Assembly: GCF_037042905.1 (NCBI RefSeq)
Contig: NC_087245.1
Coordinates: 19,532,001 to 19,596,000, forward strand
Direction: 5' to 3'
DNA: 64,000 bases
Source: Lytechinus pictus
Lineage: Eukaryota
Shown here: positions 39,789 through 53,239 of the stretch, in pieces
How positions within the stretch are numbered: position 1 is the stretch's first letter
How the letters are laid out: each line of letters opens with the position of its first letter
Notes under the pieces: generated by a model
Database searches by the model: none
What the model was told of the DNA's origin: nothing
The model's input: the letters and a program-made list of their open reading frames with translations, nothing else
Translations under genes and position numbers: made by a program

Positions 39789-39849
39789 CTCTGTGTTGGG
39801 CGCCTTTGAAAGATGGGAGCTGGCTCATTATCCTTAATAAATTTGTCAT
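39789..39849 (-). CDS. TTN: 61-nt linker exon (DKFIKDNEPAPIFQRRPTQ)
   Basis: tttctgtctcag|AT GAC...CAG AG|gtaaga; needed to convert phase 1 to phase 2 between the flanking exons. Confidence 0.85.
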
Positions 39850-40213
39850 CTGAGACAGAAAGAGAAAATACAACAAAAGGGAATTAATTTTACCTATACA
39901 CGTCACCTTAATGTGAATATCACTTCATATAATAAACATGAATGTAAACTATTGCAGCATACACTGTATAATGTATACACTCAGACCTTTACTATGATTC
40001 TATTAAAACTGAAGATTTAAATCCTAGGTTTATGCGATTGATTGATTCTTGTTCCCTTTCATTTTACAACTACAAAATGTAAAATCTAAAAGTAATGTTA
40101 ATGGACAATTTCAATCAGTGTGAATAAAACATTTATCAAAAACAAAACCAGTAAAGATCACATCAGTACTACATTTTCATTTCATATTCAAGATGAAAGT
40201 GTGTATCACTTAC

Positions 40214-40347
40214 ATATCACTTGGACTCTACTTCTACACGAGACGCGTCCAGCCGAGTTGTGTGCTGTGCAGGTGTACCAGGCGCTGTCATGACGAGTGA
40301 CTCTCTCAATAAACAGCTGGCACACTCCATCCTCACTCATTTGCATT
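40214..40347 (-). CDS. TTN: Exon, second half of Ig7
   Basis: tcctag|A ATG...ATA T|gtaagt; DGVCQLFIERVTRHDSAWYTCTAHNSAG. Confidence 0.9.
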
Positions 40348-40818
40348 CTAGGAAAGCAGAAAAGATAAAATTGCAATCAACAATAAAAAAAAAATCAAAG
40401 GAAAAAAATATAAGAAATAAAATAAAAAGGGGGAGATCAAGTTAAGCCATGGATAATTATGAGAAGCAGAATGAGAAATATTTCCAAGCTGTTGTTTGAT
40501 CTACCAGTTCTCCAAAGGCCCCTCCCTCTTTATTTGAAGCCTTGATGGGGATCTTACCACAGTTTGTCAAAAATTTCTTAAGGGATTTTTTTGGGGGGTG
40601 ACTTGTCAGATTTTTTGAGGATCTTTAAGTCCATTTTCTAGATACAAGAAGTCAAGTAAACATAAGAACATTTTTACATTCTTATGCTAGCTTTCATCAG
40701 AATGCTACTTTTAAGAACATTACAAGCACTACCAGATTATCCTGTTCAGTTTATGGGAAAAACGGTTTCTTTTTTTATGGCCCTTGGGAGAATTATTGTA
40801 AAAAGAATCAATTCATAC

Positions 40819-40984
40819 CTGTACCCGCCGACATTGGGCATGATGTGCTTCTGATCCCGTTGCCATGAGACATGAGGGGTGGGGCAACCGGTGACCTTAC
40901 AGGTCAAGGTCACTGCTTCATTTTCTCGCACCGTTGCATTTTCAATACGATCAATGAAGGAGGGTGCCACTAATTGCCTCTTGG
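40819..40984 (-). CDS. TTN: Exon, first half of Ig7
   Basis: atgcag|CC AAG...TAC AG|gtatga; APSFIDRIEN...CKVTGCPTPHVSW. Confidence 0.9.
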
Positions 40985-41761
40985 CTGCATTTAAGAAATT
41001 GAAAACAAATGGCATGTTAAATCACAAGAAATACGTACATATGTAGTAAACTAACATGCAAACGATAATTTTTCTCCTCAAAATAGAAAAAAATGAGCAT
41101 TACAAATTTGTTTATCAAATTATCAGATAATTCAATAACAAAACTATAATTCATATTTTTCAATTTGATACTGTTTCCCCAAAGAATAATCAAAAGCTAC
41201 ATGCATTCTGAAACTGTTAATTGTCAGATCTTTTGATAGTGCAACTTAAGTTCATGTTTCAGTGATGCATCATCTCAGCGTGGAACATATATTTAAACCT
41301 TACAAAATGGTTTGCATTTTAAAATGAACATTTATGACCTAATCATTCAGGAACCATACAAAGTTTACATCATATAGATCTGTTAATTAAAATAGAGAAT
41401 TTAAGACTTTGTTATGCAAATCAATGAAAATAAAGACTTCAAAGTAAAAAGTCAGTGAGTGGCGTGGTAAAAAACTTTCGTGCAGCGGAATAGTCACTGA
41501 AAATATTGTGGGGGGGGGGTTGAATCAACCTCCCTCCCCCCGGAGGTTTTAGAGTTAAGAATTAAAATTAGACGATTCAGGGGTCACCACAGTGGAATAA
41601 TAATCACAAGTGCAATGTATATATGCAGTATCTTCCAATGAGCCTTTCTTGCATTGATGTACATAACCCTTCTAATTTTCAACCCACTGTTCAAAATAAA
41701 CTTTCACAAGCACATGTTAACCTATAACTATTTTTCAGAGAGAACAGAAGATCATACTTAC

Positions 41762-41894
41762 GATCTACATTGAGTTTGACATGGAATTTGGCCTCTCCAG
41801 CCCTGTTGCTGGCAATACAGGTGTACATACCGCTATCCTGAGGGCGGGCGTGGCTGATCATTAGGGCATGCTCACCACCCTCGTTAACAATTAC
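41762..41894 (-). CDS. TTN: Exon, second half of Ig6
   Basis: ttccag|GTA ATT...GAT C|gtaagt; VIVNEGGEHALMI...DSGMYTCIASNRAGE. Confidence 0.9.
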
Positions 41895-42246
41895 CTGGAA
41901 CAATTTAAGGAATAAGCATAGAGTGAACATAATAAGAATAAATCAATTCCAAATACTGGGGTGACTTTGAATATATTTTAAAATGATTTACCTTTCCTTT
42001 GTTATTGCTTTTCTAAAATATTTTATATGTTATGAACGTAATACGATCCCCCCGTAAAACATACCGAAATATTTTCTAAAAATCCAACAGCAAAATGAAT
42101 GTTATTTTCAAAACTGTCCAAAGTCATGCCAGTTTACAGTAGGAAAATTCAACCAATCAACAACCAAGTTCTTGAACTTCCATAGATTTAAACAGAGACC
42201 AAAATGTTCCAACATGCAATGGGTTAAAATGACAACAGCCACTCAC

Positions 42247-42460
42247 CCTATGGTTGGCATCTGGGTAGACAGGCATCTCATTCCTGTACCAGACAAGATC
42301 TGGAGGTGGTCGACCTCTGACCCTGCAGTTGAACCTGGCTAGTTTGCCTTCTTTCACTTCCAGGTCACTGGGAATGACCTTGAATGTAGGTTTGTAGTGC
42401 TTCTCTCGGACCTCACCGGGTTGCCTTTCACGATCAGGAAGGTGGTACTCTTCAGTCTCC
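42247..42460 (-). CDS. TTN: Exon, first half of Ig6
   Basis: tttcag|G GAG...AGG|gtgagt; HYKPTFKVIPSDLEVKEGKLARFNCRVRGRPPPDLVWY. Confidence 0.9.
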
Positions 42461-43203
42461 CTGAAATGGAAAAATGATAATGATAAATAAATATGTAACA
42501 AAAATCTTTGAGATATTTGTGAGGTTACCCAAGACTTTATTGAAGAATAAAATTTGTTAAACTTCCAAAGTTTTCTTGCTATGTTGACAGTGAATTTTCA
42601 TAAATGTTAGTTAGATTAAGCAAAAATAGTAATATGAACTAAAATGTGTCATCAGTAAATATAGTAATCAACATTTCCATATTTTAATTTCATCTAATCA
42701 TGAATTATTTAGAAACAAGTTCACTTTTCCCCAACTCCAGATAAGCATTAAGTCATGTGCAACTTCAGCTTTACGAATCATCTATATCATATTTTCCAAT
42801 ACAGTTTTAAATACAATGCTGAAGTAACTTTCTATTGACAGTTAAAAGTCAGTCAAATATTGTCTTAAGAATACTTTATTTTTCATTCCATGTTTCAAAG
42901 AGGGTCTTTCCCTGAATGACTAGATAACAATTGTGATACCACCATAACTAAAATTGTAATATATGGATCAATTGGATATTTGAATATGGTACATGCACAG
43001 TTTAAAATATTTCTTAGATATGGTAGAACACTTTTTGGCTCAATTTGATATTCATTATCTCTTTGGTGTAAAAATGCCTGATTACTATAAACTTTGTAGA
43101 GGGACCTGTAGAAAATAAGTGAACAGATTTTCATTAACAGGTATACATGTGTTGTTTATCCCAGACTTCAGCCATGGACAAATCTTAAGTGGCATATACT
43201 CAC

Positions 43204-43442
43204 ATGCTGACACGAGCACCAAGAGCACCTTTCATATGGCTGACCTCATCCGATAAATGCCTATCGACCTTGATGCGACCGGTGTTGACTGCCTTGCCAA
43301 ACTGGTTCCAGGCGAAGACAGTGTAAGCACCCTTGTCTTCAGGAAGGATAGGGTCGATACGGAATTGGGAGAAGCCTTCCATGTAGGAGACGTCGTAGCG
43401 GATTGACTTTGGAACAGGATAGCCATCCTTGAACCACTGGAT
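43204..43442 (-). CDS. TTN: Exon, second half of Ig5
   Basis: atacag|ATC CAG TGG...AGC AT|gtgagt; ILPEDKGAYTVFAWN. Confidence 0.9.
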
Positions 43443-43812
43443 CTGTATTTTTGAGGAGAGATCAGGATTTGATACATAATGTGTGCATGATGTCATAAAC
43501 CAAGATATATAAAGCTGGAAATTGATGGAGGCACCCTTTTCCTTCAGGAAAAATAAATGAATTTTATTTAAGGAACATAACTATGCACTACATTCAAGAA
43601 ATCATATAATAATGCAACTTCAATAACTTGACATGAAAAATATTATTGCTTTATGGACAACTGATTAGATTTTATTTCAAACAGTTTTAATCTTCATTTG
43701 TTCAGTATTTTTTAAGTAGGGTAAAATGCATCTCAGAAACAGCCAACTCATGATCTTTTTCTCAAAAATATTCATTGTTTATCAAAAAAATGAATGAGGG
43801 ATAATGTCTTAC

Positions 43813-44043
43813 AGATGGTTTTGGTCTGCCTTCTACACGACAGCTAAGAGCAATCTTGCCTCCCTCAGAGACTCGGAAGTTCTTGAGCTCCTTGAGGAAG
43901 CGGGGAGCCCTCTGTTGACTGGCTTCGGAGGTCTCAAGTTCGGACTCAAGCTCAGTCTCCGTCTCGGCTTCCATTGATTCGCTCTCTTGGGGCTGTTTCT
44001 GGTTCAGTAGGCTGGCTTCAAACGCGGCCACATCAAAGGGACC
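43813..44043 (-). CDS. TTN: Exon, acidic linker and first half of Ig5
   Basis: ccccag|GGT CCC...TCT|gtaaga, phase 0-0; APRFLKELKNFRVSEGGKIALSCRVEGRPKPS. Confidence 0.9.
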
Positions 44044-46664
44044 CTGGGGGTTAATGATGATAATATTAAGTTCAGCTTTCATTCATTATCACTTTAAAAT
44101 ATCTTTCGGATATGAGAGATGATAATACAACATGATATGAAATTAGAGCTGTTGGACAAAAATTACCTTTGTTTCATTTGCTACCGTTTCAATGAAAGAG
44201 TTTTGAAAAACTTGCATTTGGCTCAAATATCAAGAAAAATTCCATCATGAAATTCTTCCAAAAGTGTAAATTTCCATCATAGGCAAAACTTATTATCTTC
44301 GAGAAAACAAAACCATTACTTATACACACAAAATGGAGAACCTATTTCTAGTACAGTAAATGAGCTCCACAAAAAGAATGCAGTGATACTGATCTACTAA
44401 AGAAATGTGTACAACTCACTTTGAAATATATAAACATACAATCAACACACAGGGTACTACACAAAATACAATACACAATAAAACATGGTAAAAAATAATA
44501 AAATATACATCTGAGATATGAAAAAATATACTCTAGTAAACAACAAAATGTGATATCATACAGGCCCACAGTTGGTCAAAGTTTTTGGTTATAAATGGTT
44601 TGGTGCACATGGAATTTGGATGTGAATGGGGAAGATATTACACTAGCCCTTATAAATTTGCCAGCTGATTTCTTGAATGACTTCAGGCAAACCTCATTTA
44701 CGGACTCTAAAAAAAAAACAGATGACCTGAACTCCATTTCAGAAAAAGCTTTAATCAAATGCAACTTTAATTTCAACAAATCAAAAACTTGTATTACAGG
44801 TTTGATTGTTTTTGTTGCTTTTAATCACAACTCTTTCTGTAACAAACCAACTGGAAACAGAAATGCACCCATTGTTAAATACTTATAAAAATAATAATCC
44901 ATTTTAGTAACAATGATACCGGGTTACATTTAAGCTTAAATATGTTTACTCAGTAGGACATTTAGAGATATTTCCCAGTATTCTTTCAAATAAATTAAAT
45001 AATATGTAATATATCAAATCCAGATAATTTATATTTCTAAAAAAATACGGTGGGTTTTTATTTCAAATTAGTTCTTATTCTTGATGTTTAAGCGCATCCT
45101 CTGGAAAAGGCTTTCACATTTCATAGCTCAGCTATGAATACTTGTATTCCATGTACATGAAGCCTAACTTGCTAAAGAACATAAACCCAATCAAACATTT
45201 TTTTTCCTTTTAATTCATGGCTAGAAGAATGAAAACATCACAACCTACAAAAGAACAGATTTTCCTATGCTAACATCACACAGAAAACATGCATAAAATT
45301 ATCTCACATGCAATACAATAAGAAATTCAACTAATGCAGATGTACGATAAACCTTTAATTTTTATCTGCCATTTTCTGTAGAATTATTGAAAATATCAAA
45401 GGCAAATTCATAAAACTGACAAAAAGCATTTAACCTGCAGGTCTAAAAGGGTATAACAGGCAAACATTAAAAGAACACAAACTATAGAAATGATACAGAT
45501 TTAATCAAATGGCCATAGAAGTTGCTCATCTTATATACAACAATATACATGCAGCCAAAGAGAAACCTTCCTATTCTACATGAAACATACATACATTTGT
45601 TTTATGAAAAGTGAGATTTGCACCTTTACAACAACAGTAATATTTCATAACATAAAACATGCCTTTTACACAGAATACTTTCAAAACAGAAATTTAAGTA
45701 TACATAAGATTCTAATTCTATCTAACAAATAAGTCAACATATACAATACAAACAAAAAAGTATACACTGCTTTTCAGGCGAGGACATCCAAATCTAAAAG
45801 CATATAAAACCATGCAACGTACATTCAACACAAGAAGATTTCTACATGCAAAGACCTCACTGCATAGCTGGTAGCACTGATTTCAAAATGGCATTTGAGT
45901 TTTGTCTTGCTCAATACCAGTGTCCACATAATGTGAAATAATTGTTGTAATTCTCATTCAAGAGAGTTGGCAAAAATGAACCAATATTTTTCCCTCTGTT
46001 AAAAGAACATCTTTACTGCTATAGAGATAATCTCTTCATTAAAAACCTACTTGTCATTGTAAAGATAAATTCATGTGGATAAAGAGTGTGTCAAAATTTC
46101 ATTTGATGAATAGAAACATCTTTTAAGATTGTGAATGTCGGGTGTATACCGTAATTGCAATGGAGAGACTTGTATGGAAGATTGATACATATTATCAATA
46201 CATCTTATCAGCCAAGTACTTTTATTAAATTCAAATATTGAAATTAATGAACTGAACCAAAACAGAATCATCATCTTTTCTCTAACATTTTAAAGAGACT
46301 TAAATATGATTGCTAGGCGTAACTGTTAAACTGAGTAAATGGTCAGAAAATGTCACTGTAGGTGACGGACATAAAGGGGTGATCAGTATATCTCAAATCC
46401 ATATCTGAATTCCTATCAACAGGTCTGAATCTACTAGTTGCAAATTGAGATATGTACCCATGTCACAGGGAGGCATAAAAAGGTAAATATTTTTGTTTCC
46501 ATCAGTTCTGTGTAGTGTGGTCACATAAAAGACAAATGTTAAATAGTATTATCCACATAAGTTGAAATACAGACTGGACAAATAAACAAGCAAGAACGAC
46601 TTTGACAGAAATGCCACTTAAACATCAGCTCTACCCCTTTATGCAGCTCGAATCCTCTACACAC

Positions 46665-46757
46665 CGCATCTGTAGCATCGTAGTCTTGGGATGACTTCCT
46701 CTCCCTGAACTTTATTTCTTTCTCCAGACGAGATTCGAAGGAAGATGCCTTGGAGTC
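46665..46757 (-). CDS. TTN: Candidate cassette exon C (DSKASSFESRLEKEIKFRERKSSQDYDATDA)
   Basis: aacag|GAC...GCG|gtgtgt, 93 nt, phase 0-0; same motif; weaker acceptor and uncertain donor. Confidence 0.6.
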
Positions 46758-47255
46758 CTGTTTTGTGTTCAATTTTAGCCATTTGGAGAATACAGCAATT
46801 ATACGTAATATCTTTCAGTCATACAAATTACTCGTGCTGTTGGAATTCTTGACAAATTCATACTACTACAGTGTAGTTCAAAATCTACAATTGCTTTTAC
46901 CAGACAGTATGCAATGAATAATGAAATAATACTTTTCACTAGTGAAATGGTCACAATTAGTCATAATAATACTAGATAGTCAAACACTATTTTTAAAACC
47001 TTGCTATAATATAATGTATCTGGTTTCTCCTTCTGTTTGCCAAAGAGGTATTAACAAAATCAGTTAATGATCGATGTCTATTAATTATCTCCAACAAAAA
47101 CTATAATCAATACTTCCTATAGTTGGCATCCAATCAGATGATAATAGTCAATTACTTCAAACAATAACAAACTGAGCTTCAAATATTAACCCTATATAAT
47201 TCAAAATACTACATCAACGAAACATTCCATTCATGAACTGAAACAAGAATTGTAC

Positions 47256-47351
47256 CTGGTCGGAAAATGGTCCGCCACGCGGGCCCGACTCCATTTCGCG
47301 GATCTCCACTTCTCTCAATAGACGTCTCTCAAAAGGTGACAACTTGCTTGT
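47256..47351 (-). CDS. TTN: Candidate cassette exon B (TSKLSPFERRLLREVEIREMESGPRGGPFSDQ)
   Basis: cttttcag|ACA...CAG|gtacaa, 96 nt, phase 0-0; same motif. Confidence 0.75.
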
Positions 47352-49007
47352 CTGAAAAGATGGAGCAGCCCATTTTGGTATACTCAAATCGGTTCCATTA
47401 AACATGCAGCTCACTCAGTTTGTTTATTTAAGTATTCAACACACAGCATGCTCTTTAGTGTTTTAAAAGAAATCTATAGCAATTTGACAAATGAAAATGC
47501 TTGACATGACAGCTAATGTTTACCAATCTCTCTATACATGTACGTCTGGCATCAGCTTTCATGAGAAATTTCATACGTAGGGTGTTTACCCATTAACGGA
47601 TTGATTACTGAAACCAGATGCTACATAATACTACATAATGCAGTATTTGATCGATTAATGTGTTATATTAACTAAATAGAGTAGAACTGCATTCTACAAC
47701 CAACCTATTTACGCAATTTTTTTGAGAAGTTTTTTTCTTGCCTCATATAGTAAAGTTCATAACTCGATTCAGGCAAAAATGTTGCTTGTGAGTCAATTTG
47801 ATGGTATGGCATAATTGGCTGAGCCCCAAATATGCAAGTATGTGACAGGAATTTCCTTTGCTTTTTACACAGTCTGGTGTCAGCAAATTGTAATCTATTT
47901 CCCATGAAAGCTCAAGAAAAACCGACAAAGATGTGAATTAAGAAAAAAGCTAATGCAGATTTATTGACAAACATGTTGATGAAGAAAACATATCAAATGA
48001 AGCATGACTGCATCTCAAAATACTCATGAAATCACAATGCATATGAACATCTTATCCCTCTTTTTTCTACCAGCATTTGTGAATTTTGTCACATAAGTCA
48101 AATACAATTTGATTTTCAAGTAATGTCATTATAACTTATGACCATCTGGAGCTTATAAATAAACTGTAAATATGCAGATATGTTCATATTTGAGTGGAAT
48201 GGCGAAATTACTCATCTTTGATCATAACATATGAGCAGAGAGTGATAACCTTAGTGACGAACAGCATGCAAAGATGCAAAATCACTCATACTTGAAAAAA
48301 AAGTCCCATTAATTTTAATGAAACATTTTATACTTCATATATGAATCTGCATCAATGCAAAAACATTTATTCATACCAAATATCATAACAAAGTCACTTG
48401 GGAGTACAATATATATATTTATGAGATCTTCCTGTATCTGGAAAATAGATATATTTATGAATAATATGATGGATATCTATAGAAGTACAAATGAATGAAA
48501 CATGGAAAACATTCAACCAGTGTTATAAAAGCTATGAAAAACAAACTTAGAATTTTTACAAAAATATAATTGTGCAAGTTAAGAACACACAGATCCACAA
48601 CACTTAACCTAGTTGAAAGAATGAAATTCTATTTTCAAATTTACAGCTTTCGCTGGTAAACTATTAAGCATCTACTTTTTACGAAATACATTTGATCAAG
48701 TCACTCTGAAATCAAGGTCAAATGACAAAAATTCACAATTCACAAAATGTGTGAAAAGGAAAATACCATCAAATAATCACGGTTAATTATCCCGATGTCA
48801 AATAAGCTATTATATAGTGTATCATTTTTAGGTGCATAGGAAATAATATAATATCGTGTGAATAAAATAGCAGAATACAAAAATTAGATTTGAAATGACA
48901 TGGTCACACAAGGTTATACACTGCATGTGGAATAAAACACTATTCTACTCATGAACATGAAAAGGGGGTAACACAGTGATGAAGGATGAGGGACGTGAGG
49001 GGGGTAC

Positions 49008-49124
49008 CTTCCACTCCATGGGGGCATGGTAGATGCTGGTACGACCGATGCGTTCTCGATACTCAACCTCCTGCTGAAGACGCTGTTGAAACGGCGAGAG
49101 GCTTGGTCTTCTCTGAGGAGCATC
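49008..49124 (-). CDS. TTN: Candidate cassette exon A (DAPQRRPSLSPFQQRLQQEVEYRERIGRTSIYHAPMEWK)
   Basis: catag|GAT...AAG|gtaccc, 117 nt, phase 0-0; GC/CpG-rich island in AT-rich intron; SxFxxRLxxEVEYR motif. Confidence 0.75.
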
Positions 49125-50063
49125 CTATGATTTACATTGCAACCATGCCAAGGTGTACATGCCAATGAGCACAAGCAAGCATGAATTTTGAAATTTAGAG
49201 GGGAACAGAGGTCAAAGGTCAGCTATGAGGTGACGGGGTCCACTCAACAAGCCATGATTTCGTTTGGATTTAGACTGACAGAATATCATGCTCTGGATAC
49301 TATTTCAAGGCAGCATTTTATAACAATTATTGCACTGTTTATTTTTTTTTTGGTCTATAAATACCTGAGAAATTTATGAAGAACTAAAGTAAGCCATATG
49401 TTTATATAACTTCATCAATCATGAAAATGCGACAATCAATACTTTATTTCTCATTCTCAGAAAATTTATTTTGAATCACAAGAAAGCATCTACTTTTATT
49501 TCCTTCTAAAACATTATCAGATTGACACTTTTCTAAAACACAATGAAAAATTAACTAGAGAAAAGGATGCAGCATATTCCACAAATTTCATGATGCATGC
49601 AGGCGACATTTTTTTCTATAATCATTACTGTCGTAAATAACAAAATATATAAATACAGTCCTTTCTATTGTTCTGTAAACATTTCATTTCTAAAAAAAAA
49701 TCACTTGTACTCAAACAAATTACTCATTAAAAAAAAATTCAAATAAGAAAAATAAGCAATTCTTAAGGTATGGGCATGACCCTTACAATTGGAAAAAAAA
49801 AGAAAATTCAATTCACTCTTTCATCTCCCAGAGCTAACCAGAAAATAAACATGGACTATAGAGTTTTGAAGTCATTTCTAACAAGGAACAGTTGATTAAT
49901 AGAAATATTTCCAGCACTTATACATGGATATGCGCTTTTGAACAATTGGCATAGAACTTGTTATAATCCAATTTCAATAATGTAAATTTCAAATTCATGA
50001 TCTCTCAGGAATTTTATTTTTGAGCTCCTAATCTTCCAGGAATGCCCAAAGGACAGTACTCAC

Positions 50064-50221
50064 CTGATCAGCATCTTGGTAGGTAGCTTGGCTTGGTGTG
50101 ATCTTGCCACCTTTCTCATGGACCTTCGTCTCAAGTTCTTTGTTCACCACATCCTTCTTCTTCTTAGCTTTCTCAATGGCCTTCTGTTCCTCATACTCCT
50201 GGGCCCAGTGGTCATATTGAG
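50064..50221 (-). CDS. TTN: Exon, charged helical linker
   Basis: ttgtag|CT CAA TAT...GAT CAG|gtgagt, phase 1-0; QYDHWAQEYEEQKAIEKAKKKK. Confidence 0.85.
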
Positions 50222-50743
50222 CTACAAAGAAAATGAAATCATTATTCCCATATTACAGGGATTCACAGAAAACAGATTAATCAAATTGCCTTATAAAAGT
50301 TGAAAAAATGTGGAGAATTATACTTTTTTTCTAAAATGTTGATAGAGTGGCAATGTATTATACTGGTCCCAATAAAACTTACTACGGACTTACATTGTAA
50401 CTTTCATGAAAACCTTAATTTAAATTGGTAATTGATTGTTGTTATGCATGGTAGTTGGTAGTCGCAATTGATGGCAGAGTTGCCGTTATTATTAAGTATT
50501 GAGCAAAAGGGACTTGACCATGTATTGATTGCTTCTAATTCTATATGTGGAGTTTCCAGTTTTGATTTGTGGTTCAATCACATTGACGTGATACATGATA
50601 CAATCAAAGCAGCTACCCGAGAATTAAATGAATCAATACGCATGTATTAGGAAAGTAATGTGAACGGGGCCAGATTTTCACCCTCTACAGAAGGCCACAT
50701 CTAGTATTACTTTTACAACTGAAACTTAATCCCTGGGTCTTAC

Positions 50744-50886
50744 CTGGGAGAAGAAGAGGAGCAGTGAGGTAGACCTGACCAGCTTTGCTCTTGGCTATAC
50801 AGGTGTACTCTCCTTTGTCTTCAGGTAACATCATGGTAATGTCAAGAGTGGCTGATCCTGTCTTTTCATCATATTTTATCACAAAC
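50744..50886 (-). CDS. TTN: Exon, second half of Ig4
   Basis: gcctag|G TTT...CCA G|gtaaga; RFVIKYDEKTGSATLDITMMLPEDKGEYTC. Confidence 0.9.
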
Positions 50887-51450
50887 CTAGGCAAAAAGAA
50901 TAAAATTAAGAAATATTAAGACCTGGCATTAGGAGACTACCAAAATTCTGCGCTGCATGTTTTTTTAAATTCTTTTTGCAGGAGTCCCACTATAAAGGTG
51001 CAATATGAATATACCATGACGTTCGAGGATCTGGCTAAAACTATTCACATAAAAGAAACATAAAAAATACCCTTCTCCCGAGTGCCAATGACTGTGAATG
51101 GTTTTAGCTTGTTCCAAGAATGAGTCATTGTATTTCTGTATATCCTGTATCATTCCCCCATCACATCAAATAAAAAGTAATAAAGAAAAAAAGTTCACAA
51201 CTTATGAAAATGTATTTCCAATTTTTCGGATATGCTGATAGCTAGCTTGGCAGGCAGCCCGGCTATAGGAGCACCAGTGGGATGCCACAGGCAGTCTTGG
51301 GTGCAGTAAATTGACTATGCGTGACATCAGCAAGGAAAATGACCTATTTCATTGCAAACATTTTTCCTAGTAAAAATATTGTTTTCTCCTTGTGTACACT
51401 CTCAAAACCACAACCTTAAGCAAGGTATATATAAATGAGCAAATGTATAC

Positions 51451-51688
51451 CTGTAGCCAGAATCGACTGGTTGCCCCTGTCTCAACCAGGTGATCTTTGG
51501 GGCTGGGTTGCCCTTGACAGTGCAGGCAAAGCGACATCTCCCTCCCTCAGAGTAGCGAGCAGGAAGGAGGGGTTTGGAGAACTCTGGTGGTCCAATGGGG
51601 ACTTTCTCTGCAGGTGCGGTGTCATTGACTGCATTAACCTGTGCTGGTGGTTGTTGAGCTTGTTGAGCAGATGGAGGTGGGGTTCCGG
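51451..51688 (-). CDS. TTN: Exon, linker and first half of Ig4
   Basis: ttgtag|CC GGA...TAC AG|gtatac, phase 1-2; FACTVKGNPAPKITW. Confidence 0.88.
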
Positions 51689-52208
51689 CTACAAAGACAT
51701 GCAGAATATCTTATGTGAGATATATAAACCAACATGCATGACAAGATTTAACACAGAGAAGAGAATAAGATTGCAATAATATTGTAAATATTTGTAAACA
51801 AAAAAAACAAAACAATAAGATTTCTCTCGCCAAGGTGTATATTACATATCAGTAATTAGACTCAATATCAAATTCCTAGGTTGGAAGAGACCAATTAGAA
51901 ACTTTTGTGCAAGGATTAAGTCTTGATTAAGTCACAAAGCAACGGGTACAATCTATGAGTAAGGCTGGTATCTTATTTTGTGATCTTTGAAGAGAGGAAA
52001 GTAACCTTGCTGTGAGTAAAATGATTGAAAATGTATTTTTTCTTAGTGATATGGAATCTTGTGCCTCAGTAAGTATGTAATAATGTCTTGAATTTATAAA
52101 TGGATGGGGAAAAACAACAATTAGGTGACTAATAGATGACCAATTAGATGAAATTCTCTATCATTTTCAGAATCAAGTGAACAGATAAACACTAAAATAA
52201 AGACTTAC

Positions 52209-52467
52209 GTAAAACTCTGACATTACAGGAGGTAGATTTGGTACCCTTGCTGTTTGTTGCAGCACATGCGTACTGTCCGGCATCGTCGTAGAAGATTTCC
52301 AGGATTGTGAGCGTGCTCACGCCATTCTGGTATTTGACCTCAAAGTCCGGGGAAGGGGTCAGAAGGGCGCCCTCTCTGTACCACTTGACGTCTGGTTGAG
52401 GTTGGCCCTTCACAGCACACTCCAGTTTGACGGGTTTACCCTCTTTGACAGTGACATCTGAGAGAGT
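52209..52467 (-). CDS. TTN: Exon, Ig3
   Basis: ctacag|ACT CTC...TTA C|gtaagt; VKWYREGALLTPSPDF...DDAGQYACAATN. Confidence 0.92.
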
Positions 52468-53143
52468 CTGTAGAATAAGGTGATCACGATTGAAATCAAA
52501 TGAGCCGTATGTTTCAAAACAGACTTGGGGCTTGTTACAGAAAGAGTTGCCATCAATGGCAATTTGACTTTCAACCAATCAAAAGCATTTGGAACTTAGC
52601 TTCATATTTTAGTTGCATTCACATGCAACTCGTTCTGCATTACCCTGCAGGACACTGTTCTGTTAACCTTACCATCAATGAAAGGTAAGATGTTACGATC
52701 ATTAGCTCCTGAAACAGTGCCATTTGCTAGATCAGATTTATCATGTTATCAGAATTTGTAATTGACAACTGGATTTGGGACTAACACTTCTTAACAAATA
52801 TGTGTAGTTTTATTCAGAGTGTATTTGCTTTGTCCATTTGTGATGAATTATTATTAAAAAATGTCCTTTGACAGAAGGCATTATTCGTAAAATGGTGTAG
52901 ATCAAATAAGATAATAAATATTTGCAAGAATTTGTATTTGCATTTTGGGCAATCGTAATGTGGACTATTGAATTCAAAGATCAAACAAAGATATTTTTTG
53001 TTCAATTATTCATCTCGGAACACTGCTTAATTATGAATCAGACCCAGTCACATATTCATAGACATATGACACAAGTCATAGTTCCCGATTTCACAGGACA
53101 CCTTCTTTGCTAGCCATACATTATTTGGTAAACAATGTCTTAC

Positions 53144-53239
53144 CTTGGTGAAGACAGGTCCTGAGGTAACAGCAGGTGGTGGTGGTGCCGATGGTTTGGG
53201 CGCTGCTGCTTCCGTTGGAGCTGCCATCTTGATTTCGAT
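53144..53239 (-). CDS. TTN: Exon, linker and start of Ig3
   Basis: ttgtag|ATC GAA ATC...ACC AAG|gtaaga, 96 nt; ends GPVFTK. Confidence 0.85.
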
